A DNA stretch of 64,000 bases from Longimicrobiales bacterium (GTDB lineage Bacteria; Gemmatimonadota; Gemmatimonadetes; Longimicrobiales; Gaopeijiaceae). The translations under genes and the position numbers were made by a program. How positions within the stretch are numbered: the first letter of the stretch is position 1; each line of letters begins with the position of its first letter. Below, piece by piece: positions 1-8,897 of this stretch. The stretch covers positions 4,320,001-4,384,000 of the forward strand of contig OZ250165.1 of assembly GCA_965238005.1 (NCBI GenBank). The letters are read 5' to 3'. The notes under the pieces were generated by a model that searched no databases, was not told the origin of the DNA, and saw only the letters and a program-made list of their open reading frames with translations.

Positions 1-360
1 CACTTCAGGAGTCGGGCCCTCCCGGACCGAGTGATACCCTTGGAGGCCGTCACTTCCACCGTCGAGATCGTCGATCTCGCACTCCTCCAGCACCGCCACA
101 GCCCTGGACCGGATCTGCTGCGTGGTCCGGTAGTTCAGGCGGAGTCGCAGATCCCGGCCTCCGATCTCGATGCCGCACTGACTCATGACCACCGGCCTGC
201 CATAGATTCTTTGATGTCCATCGCCGACCAGGTACAGGGAATTTGGCCCCTCGGGTGCGATCGTCCGGAGTAGCTTGAGTGCTGGAGCCGTAAGATCCTG
301 GACCTCATCAACCAACACGGTCCGGTACGGCAACAGGACCGCCCCCGCGAGCAGTTCCAT
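1..360 (-). pseudogene. UvrD/superfamily I helicase fragment, 5'-truncated, runs off the window start
   Basis: Manual translation from ATG at 360 (not in the ORF track): PYRTVLVDEVQDL (Walker B), LYLVGDGHQRIY (motif III), LRLNYRTT (motif IV). Walker A and the N-terminus are absent. Confidence 0.8.
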
Positions 361-366
361 CGGTTC

Positions 367-817
367 GGCACTCCCGACGACGGTCGACGTTCGGGCATAC
401 AACCACTTCCTGGGAGCGTGCCAGGTTGTATTGATGGGCGCCCCCGAAGTCGCAAGCCGATACCGGGAGGGGTTGCCCGGGTGCCTCGGAAACCGGCCGA
501 TCCTCATGCCCGGGTTCCACTCCAATCTCCGGCGGCGTCTTCTTCGCTGGTACCGGGATCATGGGCTGGAGCCCAGGGTCGTCGCCGAAATCGCTGACAG
601 TGCTGTGCTCAAGGTCTTCGGACAGCGCGGGCTGGGTATGTTCGCGGTGCCGACGGCGGTCGAGGCGGACGTCGCTCGTCAGTACGAGGTGGAGCGGATC
701 GCGGTCCTGGAGGGAGTGCGGGAGGAGTATTACGCCATCTCCGTGGAGAGGCGCATCCGTAATCCGGCCACTAGCCCCCTGCCCCGCTTTCACACATGCG
801 ACGGCTGTGACGACTAA
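367..817 (+). pseudogene. NhaR-like LysR regulator, C-terminal substrate-binding domain only
   Basis: ALPTTVDVRAYNHFLG...PILMPG...LRRRLLRWYRDHGLEPRVVAEIADSAVLKVFGQRGLGMFAVP...EEYYAISVERRI. No HTH; the sequence upstream belongs to the opposite-strand helicase fragment. Confidence 0.75.
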
Positions 818-843
818 ACTGTTTGAGCGATCGTCTCAATAGC

Positions 844-921
844 ACGGGCGGTCTCCAGGACGACCTGCTCGCTCTCGTATTCCAGCTTCTCGGCGCGGGT
901 GTCGACGAGGTGCTGGACCCG
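844..921 (-). pseudogene. Phage terminase small subunit-like fragment (copy 1)
   Basis: RVQHLVDTRAEKLEYESEQVVLETAR, 24/26 aa identical to 8218-8295. Confidence 0.55.
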
Positions 922-1186
922 AGCTATCACGTTGACGCACTCGACGTGACTGGGGGGAACGAGGGGTAGCCAGTCATTTGCCTTCGACGATAGGGAGCGG
1001 TCGCTCGGCAGGCAACCGATTCTCGGGAGGTAGCAAGTCGGGATGTGCCGTTGCGCACCGTCGGGTCCGAGGCGACCGGTTCGCGGTGAACGTCCTTCCG
1101 TCGTAGGATGACTGGCCCAGCTCTCCCCCGCGACGCATTGCACCGAGATCGGCGACGTCGACGGATTCCCCCAAGACGGAGTCGCC

Positions 1187-2746
1187 GTGCGAAAGCTGCG
1201 AGTCGCGGTCCTCGATCTGGTCACCAAGGCGCCGACGCGCACCCTGTGGGCTCGCGTGGTGCATCCCAGTTTCGCGAGCATCATGCCGCAGGCGATCGCC
1301 GCGTGGTGTGAGAAGGCAGGACACGACGTCACCTTCGTCTGCTACACGGGCTTCGAGAACCTGCTCGAGGAGGTCCCGGCTGATCTCGACCTGCTCTTCG
1401 TGGGGGCGTTCTCCCAGGCGGGTCAGCTCTCGTACGCGCTCAGCAACATGTTCCGGCAACGCGGCTGCGTGACGGTCCTGGGCGGCCCCCACGCGCGCAG
1501 CTATCCGGACGACGCCCGCAAGTACTTCGATTACGTCCTGGGCTTCACCGACGAGGAGATCGTCGCTCGAGTTCTCGAGGAGTGCTGCGCCCAGCGGCCA
1601 TACGGTGAATACCTCACCGCGAGCCAACAGCCCCGGCACCTACCCGGAGTCCGCGAGCGCTGGAAGTACATCAAGCCGACCATCATGAAGTCGGCGACAC
1701 GGATCAAGGGTGTCCCGATGATCGGGAGCCTCGGATGCCCGTACACGTGCAGCTTCTGCGTCGACTCCACGGTGCCGTATCAGCCGATGGCCTTCGACGA
1801 GATCCGCGACGATCTGCGCTTCCTGGTCGAGGAGATGCCCCAGGCATGGATCGCATGGCACGATCCCAACTTCGGGGTCCGCTTCGACGACTACATGGGG
1901 GTGATCGAGGACGCTGTGCCCCCCGGGACGCTCACGTTCGCGGCTGAGAGCAGCCTGTCGCTACTCTCGGAGGACCGGGTCACGCGGCTGGGCGCCGCCA
2001 ACTTCAAGCTCATGCTCCCGGGAATCGAGTCCTGGTACGGCTTCGGCAACAAGGCCAAGACGGGCACGAAGACCGGGCTCGCCAAGATGGAGCAGGTCTC
2101 CGATCACGTGAACATGATCTTGGAGCACATCCCCTACGTACAGACGAACTTCGTGATCGGTCTGGACGACGACGAAGGCTGCGAGCCGTTCGAGTTGACC
2201 AAGAAGTTCCTCCGTCGGACGCCGGGGGCGTTTCCCGGTTACTCGCTCCTATCGTGTTTCGGCGAGGCGGCGCCGCTGAACCTCGAGGTGCAGCGCGCCG
2301 GTCGCGTGCGCCCGTTCCCCTTCCACTTCCTGAACAACAATCAGGCGATGAACGTGCAGCCCAAGAACTACGAGTGGACCACGTTCTATGACCACCTCAT
2401 CGACCTCTGCGAGTACTCGTTCTCGCTGCCTACCCTGGTTCGGCGTTTCCGCGCCACCCCCCCGCTCTTCGCGAAGGGGCTCAACCTAGTCAGGGCGATG
2501 TCGTCCGAGGGTTACGGCCGCATCAAGTATCACAAGACGATTCGCCGCATGTTGGGGGAGGATCGCCACGTGAGGAACTTCTTCGAGGGCGAGACCGACG
2601 AGATCCCACGTTTCTACGTGGACCGCATTCGGCACGAGCTCGGATCGTTCTGGGAGTACCTGCCCGAGGGGGCACTGGACCACGACCAGAACGCGTACGT
2701 GAAGAAGACCGACAAGGCCCGCGTGATGCAGGCGGCACAGGGATAG
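1187..2746 (+). CDS. B12-binding domain radical SAM protein
   Basis: CxxxCxxC motif (GCPYTCSFC), N-terminal VLGGPHA cobalamin-binding-like segment; 519 aa. Confidence 0.85.
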   Translation: MRKLRVAVLDLVTKAPTRTLWARVVHPSFASIMPQAIAAWCEKAGHDVTFVCYTGFENLLEEVPADLDLLFVGAFSQAGQLSYALSNMFRQRGCVTVLGGPHARSYPDDARKYFDYVLGFTDEEIVARVLEECCAQRPYGEYLTASQQPRHLPGVRERWKYIKPTIMKSATRIKGVPMIGSLGCPYTCSFCVDSTVPYQPMAFDEIRDDLRFLVEEMPQAWIAWHDPNFGVRFDDYMGVIEDAVPPGTLTFAAESSLSLLSEDRVTRLGAANFKLMLPGIESWYGFGNKAKTGTKTGLAKMEQVSDHVNMILEHIPYVQTNFVIGLDDDEGCEPFELTKKFLRRTPGAFPGYSLLSCFGEAAPLNLEVQRAGRVRPFPFHFLNNNQAMNVQPKNYEWTTFYDHLIDLCEYSFSLPTLVRRFRATPPLFAKGLNLVRAMSSEGYGRIKYHKTIRRMLGEDRHVRNFFEGETDEIPRFYVDRIRHELGSFWEYLPEGALDHDQNAYVKKTDKARVMQAAQG

Positions 2747-2774
2747 AGACCAGGCCGGCATTCTCCCGCACTTG

Positions 2775-3785
2775 TCACGCGAACGCTACCAGCCGCAACG
2801 GCTCGGACTTCCCACGCAGCTTCGTGGGGCCCATCTCCTCGACTGTCCATCCGTCCGGAAGAGTCAGGCGTTCGAAGAGATCGGCGGACCCGACGAGGCG
2901 CCTTCCGAGCCGGGCACACTCTCCTTGAATCCGGGCGCCGGTGTTGAGTACGTCGCCGTTGAAGACGAGCCCGCGCTTCAGATCTCCGATCTCCGCAGTC
3001 ATTACCTCCCCCACGTGCACCCCGGCCTTGTACTCCGGCACGACACCGAATTGGTCCAGGTAACGCTGTGTCTTCTTTTCGATGACGGAGTCGATGTCGA
3101 AGAACACTCGGAGGCAGTTCGCATCCTTGATCCCCCTCTCCTCCCTCCAGGTGACGACGACTTCGTCTCCGACGTACTCGTAGATCTCACCACCATTGTT
3201 GAGTACCGGCCCGGAGATGTCCCTGAAGAACTCGTTGATCAGGCCGAGGTAGGCCTCGTGCCCCAACTCCTCCGCGAGCGACGTCGAGGACTTGAGGTCT
3301 AAGAACATGAAGATGCGAGATTCGCGGTGAGGCCTGTGATATCGGCCCAGCAAGTAGCTCAGTAACACCCCCGGACCGAGGATCCGATCGAGCTGTCGAA
3401 AGAAGATGATGATCACGTAGAGAAGGAAACCGATGGCGACTTTGCGGGGGAGGGTGGGTTCTAAAAGAGACGCCCAAAATTCATCGATCGTCAGGCCTTG
3501 AAGGAAACCGAAGACGAGGCCGACCGACGAGAACACGGCAATCAGGGATCCGATGTACGTGATTGCCTTCGCCAGTAGTGCCACCGAGAACGGCAGACGC
3601 CGCATCCGCTCGTCGAAGGTGGACTCCTCGAGCAGGGCCAGCGGCATCGCGAGGGCGATCCCGACGACGAGACCGATGATCGAAATCCTCCCGTCGCTCA
3701 TGAACTCATAGCCAAGGGCGACGGGAACGCAGACCATTATGATCATGATGGCGGTTCTGAACCGGCGTGCTGTTTTCGCAGTCAT
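2775..3785 (-). CDS. Membrane-anchored class III adenylate/guanylate cyclase domain protein
   Basis: About 4 TM segments, then FMFLDLKSST, YEYVGDEVV, KAGVHVGEV, GDVLNTGARIQ; start uncertain (3785 or 3827). Confidence 0.85.
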   Translation of the reverse strand: MTAKTARRFRTAIMIIMVCVPVALGYEFMSDGRISIIGLVVGIALAMPLALLEESTFDERMRRLPFSVALLAKAITYIGSLIAVFSSVGLVFGFLQGLTIDEFWASLLEPTLPRKVAIGFLLYVIIIFFRQLDRILGPGVLLSYLLGRYHRPHRESRIFMFLDLKSSTSLAEELGHEAYLGLINEFFRDISGPVLNNGGEIYEYVGDEVVVTWREERGIKDANCLRVFFDIDSVIEKKTQRYLDQFGVVPEYKAGVHVGEVMTAEIGDLKRGLVFNGDVLNTGARIQGECARLGRRLVGSADLFERLTLPDGWTVEEMGPTKLRGKSEPLRLVAFA

Positions 3786-4040
3786 GATAGCCTCGGACTG
3801 GGACAAACTCTGATTCGAGTCAGACAATCGGATGAGGCTACCGCGCGGGGTGTGGATCTCGCAAACGGGGGCTCCTCGGCATGGAAGGGGTCATGAGGAA
3901 GACTGGAGCGCAGCTCACGCAGTTCTCACGATATACGGCTCGCCGGGGTGGTGCGGCTCGGAACGGGCGCCTAGTCTGGGGGCGTCCCGGCTGGCGCATG
4001 AAGTGCAGGCTCTGGATTACACCGATCCGTCACAGGGGTC

Positions 4041-5042
4041 ATGGTCCACAGCACAGCAACCAGAACGACGTCGATCATCAGAGCTCTAGGATGGGTCGCA
4101 ATCGTGCTTTCGGCGATCCTCCTCCTTGGCGACGGGGTCTCTCGTCTGGCTGGCTTGACTCAGGATCCCCGGCCGACGGATGTGTTGGACATTCGCTATG
4201 TCCAGCACCCGTGGATCACGGTCCTCCACATCGTCCCAGGGCTGCTGTTCCTCACGCTGGCTCCCCTGCAGTTCGTCGCCCGGATTCGGAAGCGGCGAAT
4301 CGGCCTTCACCGCGGCCTCGGGCGCATCCTCGCCATCTGTGCCGCGATCAGCGCCCTGTTCGCTCTGGTCGCCAACTTCCGCTTGCCCGCCTTCGGCGGA
4401 ATCAGCACTCAGGCGGCAACAGTCTTCTTCGGCACAATCTTTCTCTTTTCGCTGACGAAGGCGCTTCGTCATATCCGGCGGAAAGAGGTAGGCCTGCATC
4501 GCGAGTGGATGATCCGAACGTTCGCCATAGCCACAGGGGTTGCGACCATCCGGGTTTTCCTCGAGCTGCTCACGGCGCTGTCGGGACTCGGCCTCGAGGA
4601 GGTGTTTGGTGCCTCCTTCTGGCTGGGCTTCGGCGTCAACCTCCTAGTGGCGGAGGCGTGGATCAACCACACTCGTGTGGCGGGTCGCCTGACGGGCACC
4701 CGCACCTTATCGGCGAGCATCGGATTATGCTTTGTTTTCGTCGGCATCGCTCCGGCTGTCCATGCTCAATCCACGCCTTCATTTTCGGCGAGTTACGACT
4801 TTTTGGCCTATCAGAATTTCAAGAACCCAACGATTGCCGGCCAGCCCGCACCCGAGTTGCGAGACACCCAGGTACTAACCAAGAGGCGCCACTACTTCTA
4901 CGAGTTTCCGCCGCTGGAGGAGTGCCGCGATGGGCTGCGGGCGAGGTCGACTGGGACGGCGGACGGGAAAAAGGTGAAGTCGAGCTGGTTGGCGACACGA
5001 GTGCCTGGCCACGTTTCCTCGCGGCGACGGGCTATCTACTGA
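4041..5042 (+). CDS. DUF2306-like membrane protein fused to unrelated C-terminal fragments
   Basis: LHIVPGLLFLTLAPLQF...LHRGLGR...HREWMIRTFA...AEAWINHTR (to about 4680); then a signal-peptide-like segment and other sequence. Confidence 0.7.
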   Translation: MVHSTATRTTSIIRALGWVAIVLSAILLLGDGVSRLAGLTQDPRPTDVLDIRYVQHPWITVLHIVPGLLFLTLAPLQFVARIRKRRIGLHRGLGRILAICAAISALFALVANFRLPAFGGISTQAATVFFGTIFLFSLTKALRHIRRKEVGLHREWMIRTFAIATGVATIRVFLELLTALSGLGLEEVFGASFWLGFGVNLLVAEAWINHTRVAGRLTGTRTLSASIGLCFVFVGIAPAVHAQSTPSFSASYDFLAYQNFKNPTIAGQPAPELRDTQVLTKRRHYFYEFPPLEECRDGLRARSTGTADGKKVKSSWLATRVPGHVSSRRRAIY

Positions 5043-5067
5043 GGTATGAACCCGAAGAGGGAGCCGA

Positions 5068-5403
5068 GTGATGGGAGCAAAAGCAAAGACGGATGCGAGT
5101 GCCCTTTTCTGGAGGACCGCGGCGGCGTTGATGAGTCGCCCCGATGTGAGCGAGGGGACGCTCATGGGGTTCCCATGCCTGCGGGTGGGCGGTGGCTTCT
5201 TTGCCACGTGCGATCACCGCTCGGGGGACCTCATCGTGAAGCTGTCACGTGACCGGGTGCAGGAAGTCATCGCTAAGGGCGAGGGTGAAGCGTTCGCACC
5301 GGCCGGTCGCGTATTCAAGGAGTGGGTGTTGGTAAATCGACGTGACGCGCGGCGATGGCGGAAATTGATGGACGAGGCGCTTCAGTTCGTCCGCACCGCT
5401 TGA
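5068..5403 (+). CDS. TfoX/YjbR-like small protein
   Basis: GTLMGFPCLRVGGGFFA...LIVKL...GRVFKEWV pattern. Confidence 0.6.
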   Translation: MMGAKAKTDASALFWRTAAALMSRPDVSEGTLMGFPCLRVGGGFFATCDHRSGDLIVKLSRDRVQEVIAKGEGEAFAPAGRVFKEWVLVNRRDARRWRKLMDEALQFVRTA

Positions 5404-5543
5404 ACACGGACGTCTCGTTGATCAACTCCAGATGGAAGACCTGCGGCACTACCTGGACGGTTTCTAGTCGGATGTCTTGTCGGCATACGGCGCTGAGATC
5501 GCGCGACGAATGAAAGAGTGAAACCACCAACGAGGAGAGAGCG

Positions 5544-5831
5544 ATGAAGAAGTTTATGATTCTGCATTTCGGATTCGAGAAACCCACCCCCGAAATCATG
5601 GCGGCCTGGGGAAAATGGTTCGAGTCGATCGCCGACAAGACGGTCGACCAGGGCGGCTTCCACGGGGGTGCGCGAGAAATCTCAAAAAGCGGAACCAAAG
5701 ATCTGCCGATGGGCATGGAGTCCATCACCGGCTACTCGATCATCGAAGCCGCGGACCTCGACGCGGCAGAAAAAATCGCACAAGACAATCCATACATCGC
5801 AAGCATCAGAGTCTATGAAATTACGATGTAA
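5544..5831 (+). CDS. YciI family protein
   Basis: MKKFMILH...ITGYSIIEAADLDAAEKIAQDNP; GAGGAG-like RBS upstream. Confidence 0.8.
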   Translation: MKKFMILHFGFEKPTPEIMAAWGKWFESIADKTVDQGGFHGGAREISKSGTKDLPMGMESITGYSIIEAADLDAAEKIAQDNPYIASIRVYEITM

Positions 5832-5970
5832 GACCCAGTCATTTATGAAGAGGCTCATAGCGACTGCTCTGGAGCAGAACCCGCCATTCCTCCATCGTCG
5901 CGGTAGTCTTGCCCAAGTCGACCAAAAACACCGTCGTCCAGCCCGATAGAGGTCTCAACCATTTCCACGA

Positions 5971-6015
5971 GTGGGCCTGGGTAGACTCGAACTACCGACC
6001 TCACGCTTATCAGGC
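5971..6015 (-). mobile_element. tRNA-Ile(GAT) 3' fragment, integrative element att site
   Basis: Minus strand GCCTGATAAGCGTGAGGTCGGTAGTTCGAGTCTACCCAGGCCCAC: anticodon loop, T arm and acceptor 3' strand; no 5' half. Confidence 0.85.
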
Positions 6016-6182
6016 TCCTACGGAAGGAGCCGAATGTCGGCAAGAAACCGTATAAACCCTTGGTAGGGCGCACGATCTGCCGTACTTGCCGTCATGGGAT
6101 GCCGGAATCTGCCGTGATTAAAAGGCACAATGACGGGCCCATTGGGCACACGAACGGACACAACGCGCCGACCCAGATCGAC

Positions 6183-6245
6183 TTCTGCTTGCGCCTCCCG
6201 GCCCACTTTCGGATGTTGACCTCGGTCTGATCCCGGAGTGCGCCC
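6183..6245 (+). promoter_or_regulatory. Conserved kinase/cyclase leader element, copy 1
   Basis: TTCTGCTTGCGCCT-N-GGATGTTGACCTCGGTCTGATCC; repeated at 8827, 22002(-) and 48471(-). Confidence 0.75.
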
Positions 6246-6390
6246 GTGTCCGATCCAGTTATCCGTCTCAACGTCGCCCTGAAGGGCCGCTACCGCATCG
6301 ACCGGGAGCTAGGCGAGGGCGGGATGGCTACCGTCTATCTGGCCGATGACACAAAGCACGAGCGCAAGGTCGCGCTCAAAACCCTGGAGT
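6246..6390 (+). pseudogene. Ser/Thr protein kinase N-terminal fragment
   Basis: MSDPVIRLNVALKGRYRIDRELGEGGMATVYLADDTKHERKVALK, then homology stops. Confidence 0.85.
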
Positions 6391-6451
6391 GCGCGTGTAG
6401 GCCGGGCGTAGTCTCTTATCAGTCTACCGAGACCCACAGCAAGGGAGTCCC

Positions 6452-6949
6452 ATGAAAAAGTGGCTGAGGCGCATCCGTGGCGCAGTCGGCATGGGGCTGA
6501 CTTGGGCTGCAGCATGGCTCGGCGTCGGTTCCATACTCAATGCGGTAACTGCGGTAGTCTTCGGGGGCAGCCAGGGGATCGAGGGTATGGTCCTCTACGC
6601 CATTGCCGGCTTTGTCGTCGGTACTGCTTTCTCCGGGGTCCTGGGGCTCGCTGAGGGCCGTCGGAACTTCCATCAGATGTCCCTCGGGCGCTTCGCCGCT
6701 TGGGGGGCGTTGGGGGGTCTTCCACTGGGGCTTTACATGTCATGGCTCAATGGCGATTTCGCGCCTGGAGGGAGCATCGCGGCGGCGCTGCTTCTTACCG
6801 CCGTGCCAACACTGCTCGGTGCGGGCTCCGCCGCCGGTTCGCTGGCACTGGCTCGAAGGGCAGACGACCGCGAGATGCTCGAAGCCGGTGCAGAAGTTGC
6901 CGACATTGGGCTGACCGAAGAGGAGAAGCGCGAGCTGCTCGCGGGGTAG
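6452..6949 (+). CDS. Hypothetical membrane protein (about 4 TM)
   Basis: Hydrophobic 165-aa ORF, RBS AAGGGAG. Confidence 0.75.
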   Translation: MKKWLRRIRGAVGMGLTWAAAWLGVGSILNAVTAVVFGGSQGIEGMVLYAIAGFVVGTAFSGVLGLAEGRRNFHQMSLGRFAAWGALGGLPLGLYMSWLNGDFAPGGSIAAALLLTAVPTLLGAGSAAGSLALARRADDREMLEAGAEVADIGLTEEEKRELLAG

Positions 6950-7336
6950 GAGAGGCTGGCACCGTGTGTTGGGCGCTGAGTCGCAGTTCCATCCAGCCAT
7001 CGCCCAACCTCAGCATCACCCATAGCTTGACCTCAGCGGTCCGAATCGAAGGACCCCTGCTTCCCGCAGCCCAGGAGGTTGACAATGCTTCGTGTTGCTT
7101 GGTTCACCTTATGTGCAAGTCTATGATCGGTTCCCCTATCTCTATCGGCTCTCGTGCCGAGCCCAAGCGGATCTGTACGGCATCGCCTCTGAGCGACCAA
7201 ACGACTGGATCGTCGACGGACGTGTTCGCCTGCTCGACTTCCTACGCGCCTACGAGTTGTACAGCACTGGGTAATCCGGGGTCACGAGGGACCGACGAAC
7301 CAGGGTAGGTGGGGCGGAAAACACAACAAGAGACCA

Positions 7337-7618
7337 ATGATGCTTACGACGGAAGAATGTGAACAACTCCGGGCCCAAGCCGAACTGCAAGGGATGCCTG
7401 CATGCGAAAAGTGTAAGGTCATCCCTGGGACCCTAACGGATGACATAATCACGGTACGTGAAGTTCCGGCCGTGCCGATGTCTCAGGCCGACCGGGATGT
7501 ACAGGTCGCCCGAGCTAAGCATGAGTGGACCGTAGTGGTTCAGGATGTCACCTACGCGGTCGGGCAAGATAGCCGATACCTGTTGATCGCCTATGCGCCC
7601 TGGCCCGGAACCACCTAA
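7337..7618 (+). CDS. Hypothetical protein, possibly phage-derived
   Basis: 93-aa ORF with CxxC, in a mobile-debris region. Confidence 0.35.
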   Translation: MMLTTEECEQLRAQAELQGMPACEKCKVIPGTLTDDIITVREVPAVPMSQADRDVQVARAKHEWTVVVQDVTYAVGQDSRYLLIAYAPWPGTT

Positions 7619-7743
7619 GGCGGCGGGGACCCCCATGAGGCGGGTAGAGGCGGGAGGAGCAGACTAGAGCTTCCTGGGACCCATCCGACACCACTGACCC
7701 ACCCCCAAAGGCTAGATCCATCGACCTCCAGAACTCGTTCCAC

Positions 7744-7853
7744 GCGAGTTAGCCGGAGCCCAAGCGGAATCTCCAGTCACCGCCGGGAGTCGCTCGCGCG
7801 CTTCGCTTGCGGTCGGCATCTTGGTTCCGCAGCAGAATCGCAGATCCGTTAGA
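7744..7853 (+). mobile_element. Degenerate integron attC-like site
   Basis: Imperfect palindrome (GCGGAA...TTCCGC; GCGAGTTAGC...GCAGAATCGC) ending in a GTTAGA R'-box-like motif; no RYYYAAC box at the left. Confidence 0.45.
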
Positions 7854-8217
7854 GTGCGCCGTGCAAAGGTGGCGCGTTCTTGCAGGTGGAAGTCCTGCCG
7901 AGGCAGTTGGCGGTTCAGCCTCGTAGCTACGGGCGGGCGGTCTTCGGGTAACGGGAGGTCGTCAAGCCGCTCGGACAAGAGCCCTCGAAAGGAGGGCCAG
8001 CAAATCTGCGGGCCGAACGCGAGTGAACCCTGAGCAGGCCCCGAAAGAGCAGTCGCGAGAGCCGACCCGACTCTAACGCGGGGAAGGCCGCCGTATCCGG
8101 GACTGGGACAACCGCCGGTTCCGGGTGACTCGCCGGGGTAGTGGGGACGGCACGTAGAGACAGAACGCGTCGCAACACGGGAGGCCCACGGAGGCGAGGG
8201 GGTCGCTGCCCCTCAAC
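7854..8217 (+). ncRNA. Group II intron 5' portion (domain I), truncated, no RT ORF
   Basis: Starts GTGCGCCGTGCAAAGGTGGCGCGTTCTTGCAGGTGGAAGTCCTGCC; later GGGGAAGGCCGCC...GCCGGGGTAGTGGGGACGGCACG...CAACACGGGAGGCCC typical of domain I; no domain V/VI seen. Confidence 0.75.
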
Positions 8218-8685
8218 CGGATTCAGCATCTCGTGGACCGCCGAGCTGAGAAGCTGGAGTACGAGTCGGAGCAGGTAGTTCTGGAGACCGCCCGGCTGGC
8301 CATGAGCATCATCTGCGACGTCAGGGAGATCACCGAGAGCGGCGACGTGGTGGTCTTCCCCTCGGACACGTGGAGTGATCACACGGCGAAGGCGGTGAGC
8401 GAGGTCACAGTCCACAAGACCGAGCACTACGGCAAGGACGGAGGCCTCCGCAGCATCAGCACGCGGACCAACGTGAAGATGCATCCAAAGCAGGCGGCGC
8501 TGGCCCTACTCTCCCAGCAGCTCGGCATCATCGGCAAGGCCGCGAAGCAGCGTCCGGTCTGTTTGGAGGACATGGGCATCTGCATCCTCCCGACCCTCGA
8601 CGAGGAGCCCGACTGGGAGCGCATCGAGGACGGCGACCCACGCTACTCGCTGGTCAGGCCGCCGAGTGACGACGGGGACGAGTGA
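8218..8685 (+). pseudogene. Phage terminase small subunit-like, N-terminally truncated (copy 2)
   Basis: EQVVLETARLAMS...TAKAVSEVTV...NVKMHPKQAALALLSQQLG resembles the TerS C-terminal pattern. Confidence 0.6.
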
Positions 8686-8826
8686 TGAATTATCAGGAAG
8701 AGATCATTCCTTCAGATCAGCAAGCCGATAACGGCCTCTGAGCCACGAGGATGGTCCAGCCTACCCCCAGGGATACCGAGTAAATCCCGAAGACGCTCTA
8801 CACGCCTTTACACGCGTCTGACAGGG

Positions 8827-8877
8827 TTCTGCTTGCGCCTACCGGGCCGCTTTCGGATGTTGACCTCGGTCTGATCC
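8827..8877 (+). promoter_or_regulatory. Conserved kinase/cyclase leader element, copy 2
   Basis: TTCTGCTTGCGCCTACCGGGCCGCTTTCGGATGTTGACCTCGGTCTGATCC, 20 bp before ATG 8898. Confidence 0.75.
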
Positions 8878-8897
8878 TCCTATCCACGGACCGCTCG

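Noticed and set aside
960..1186. Cobalamin riboswitch upstream of the B12 radical SAM gene
   Set aside because: Conserved B12-box motifs could not be identified by eye.
3881..5071. 396-aa Arg/Pro-rich ORF
   Set aside because: Alternative frame over the DUF2306-like gene; composition typical of a GC-rich shadow ORF.
6968..7008. GTTGGGC...GCCCAAC as an integron site
   Set aside because: Boxes are in the reverse order for an attC and there is no supporting L-box structure; too short to call.
7854..8217. Retron, DGR or active retroelement
   Set aside because: No reverse transcriptase ORF, intron domain V/VI or TR/VR pair found in the window.
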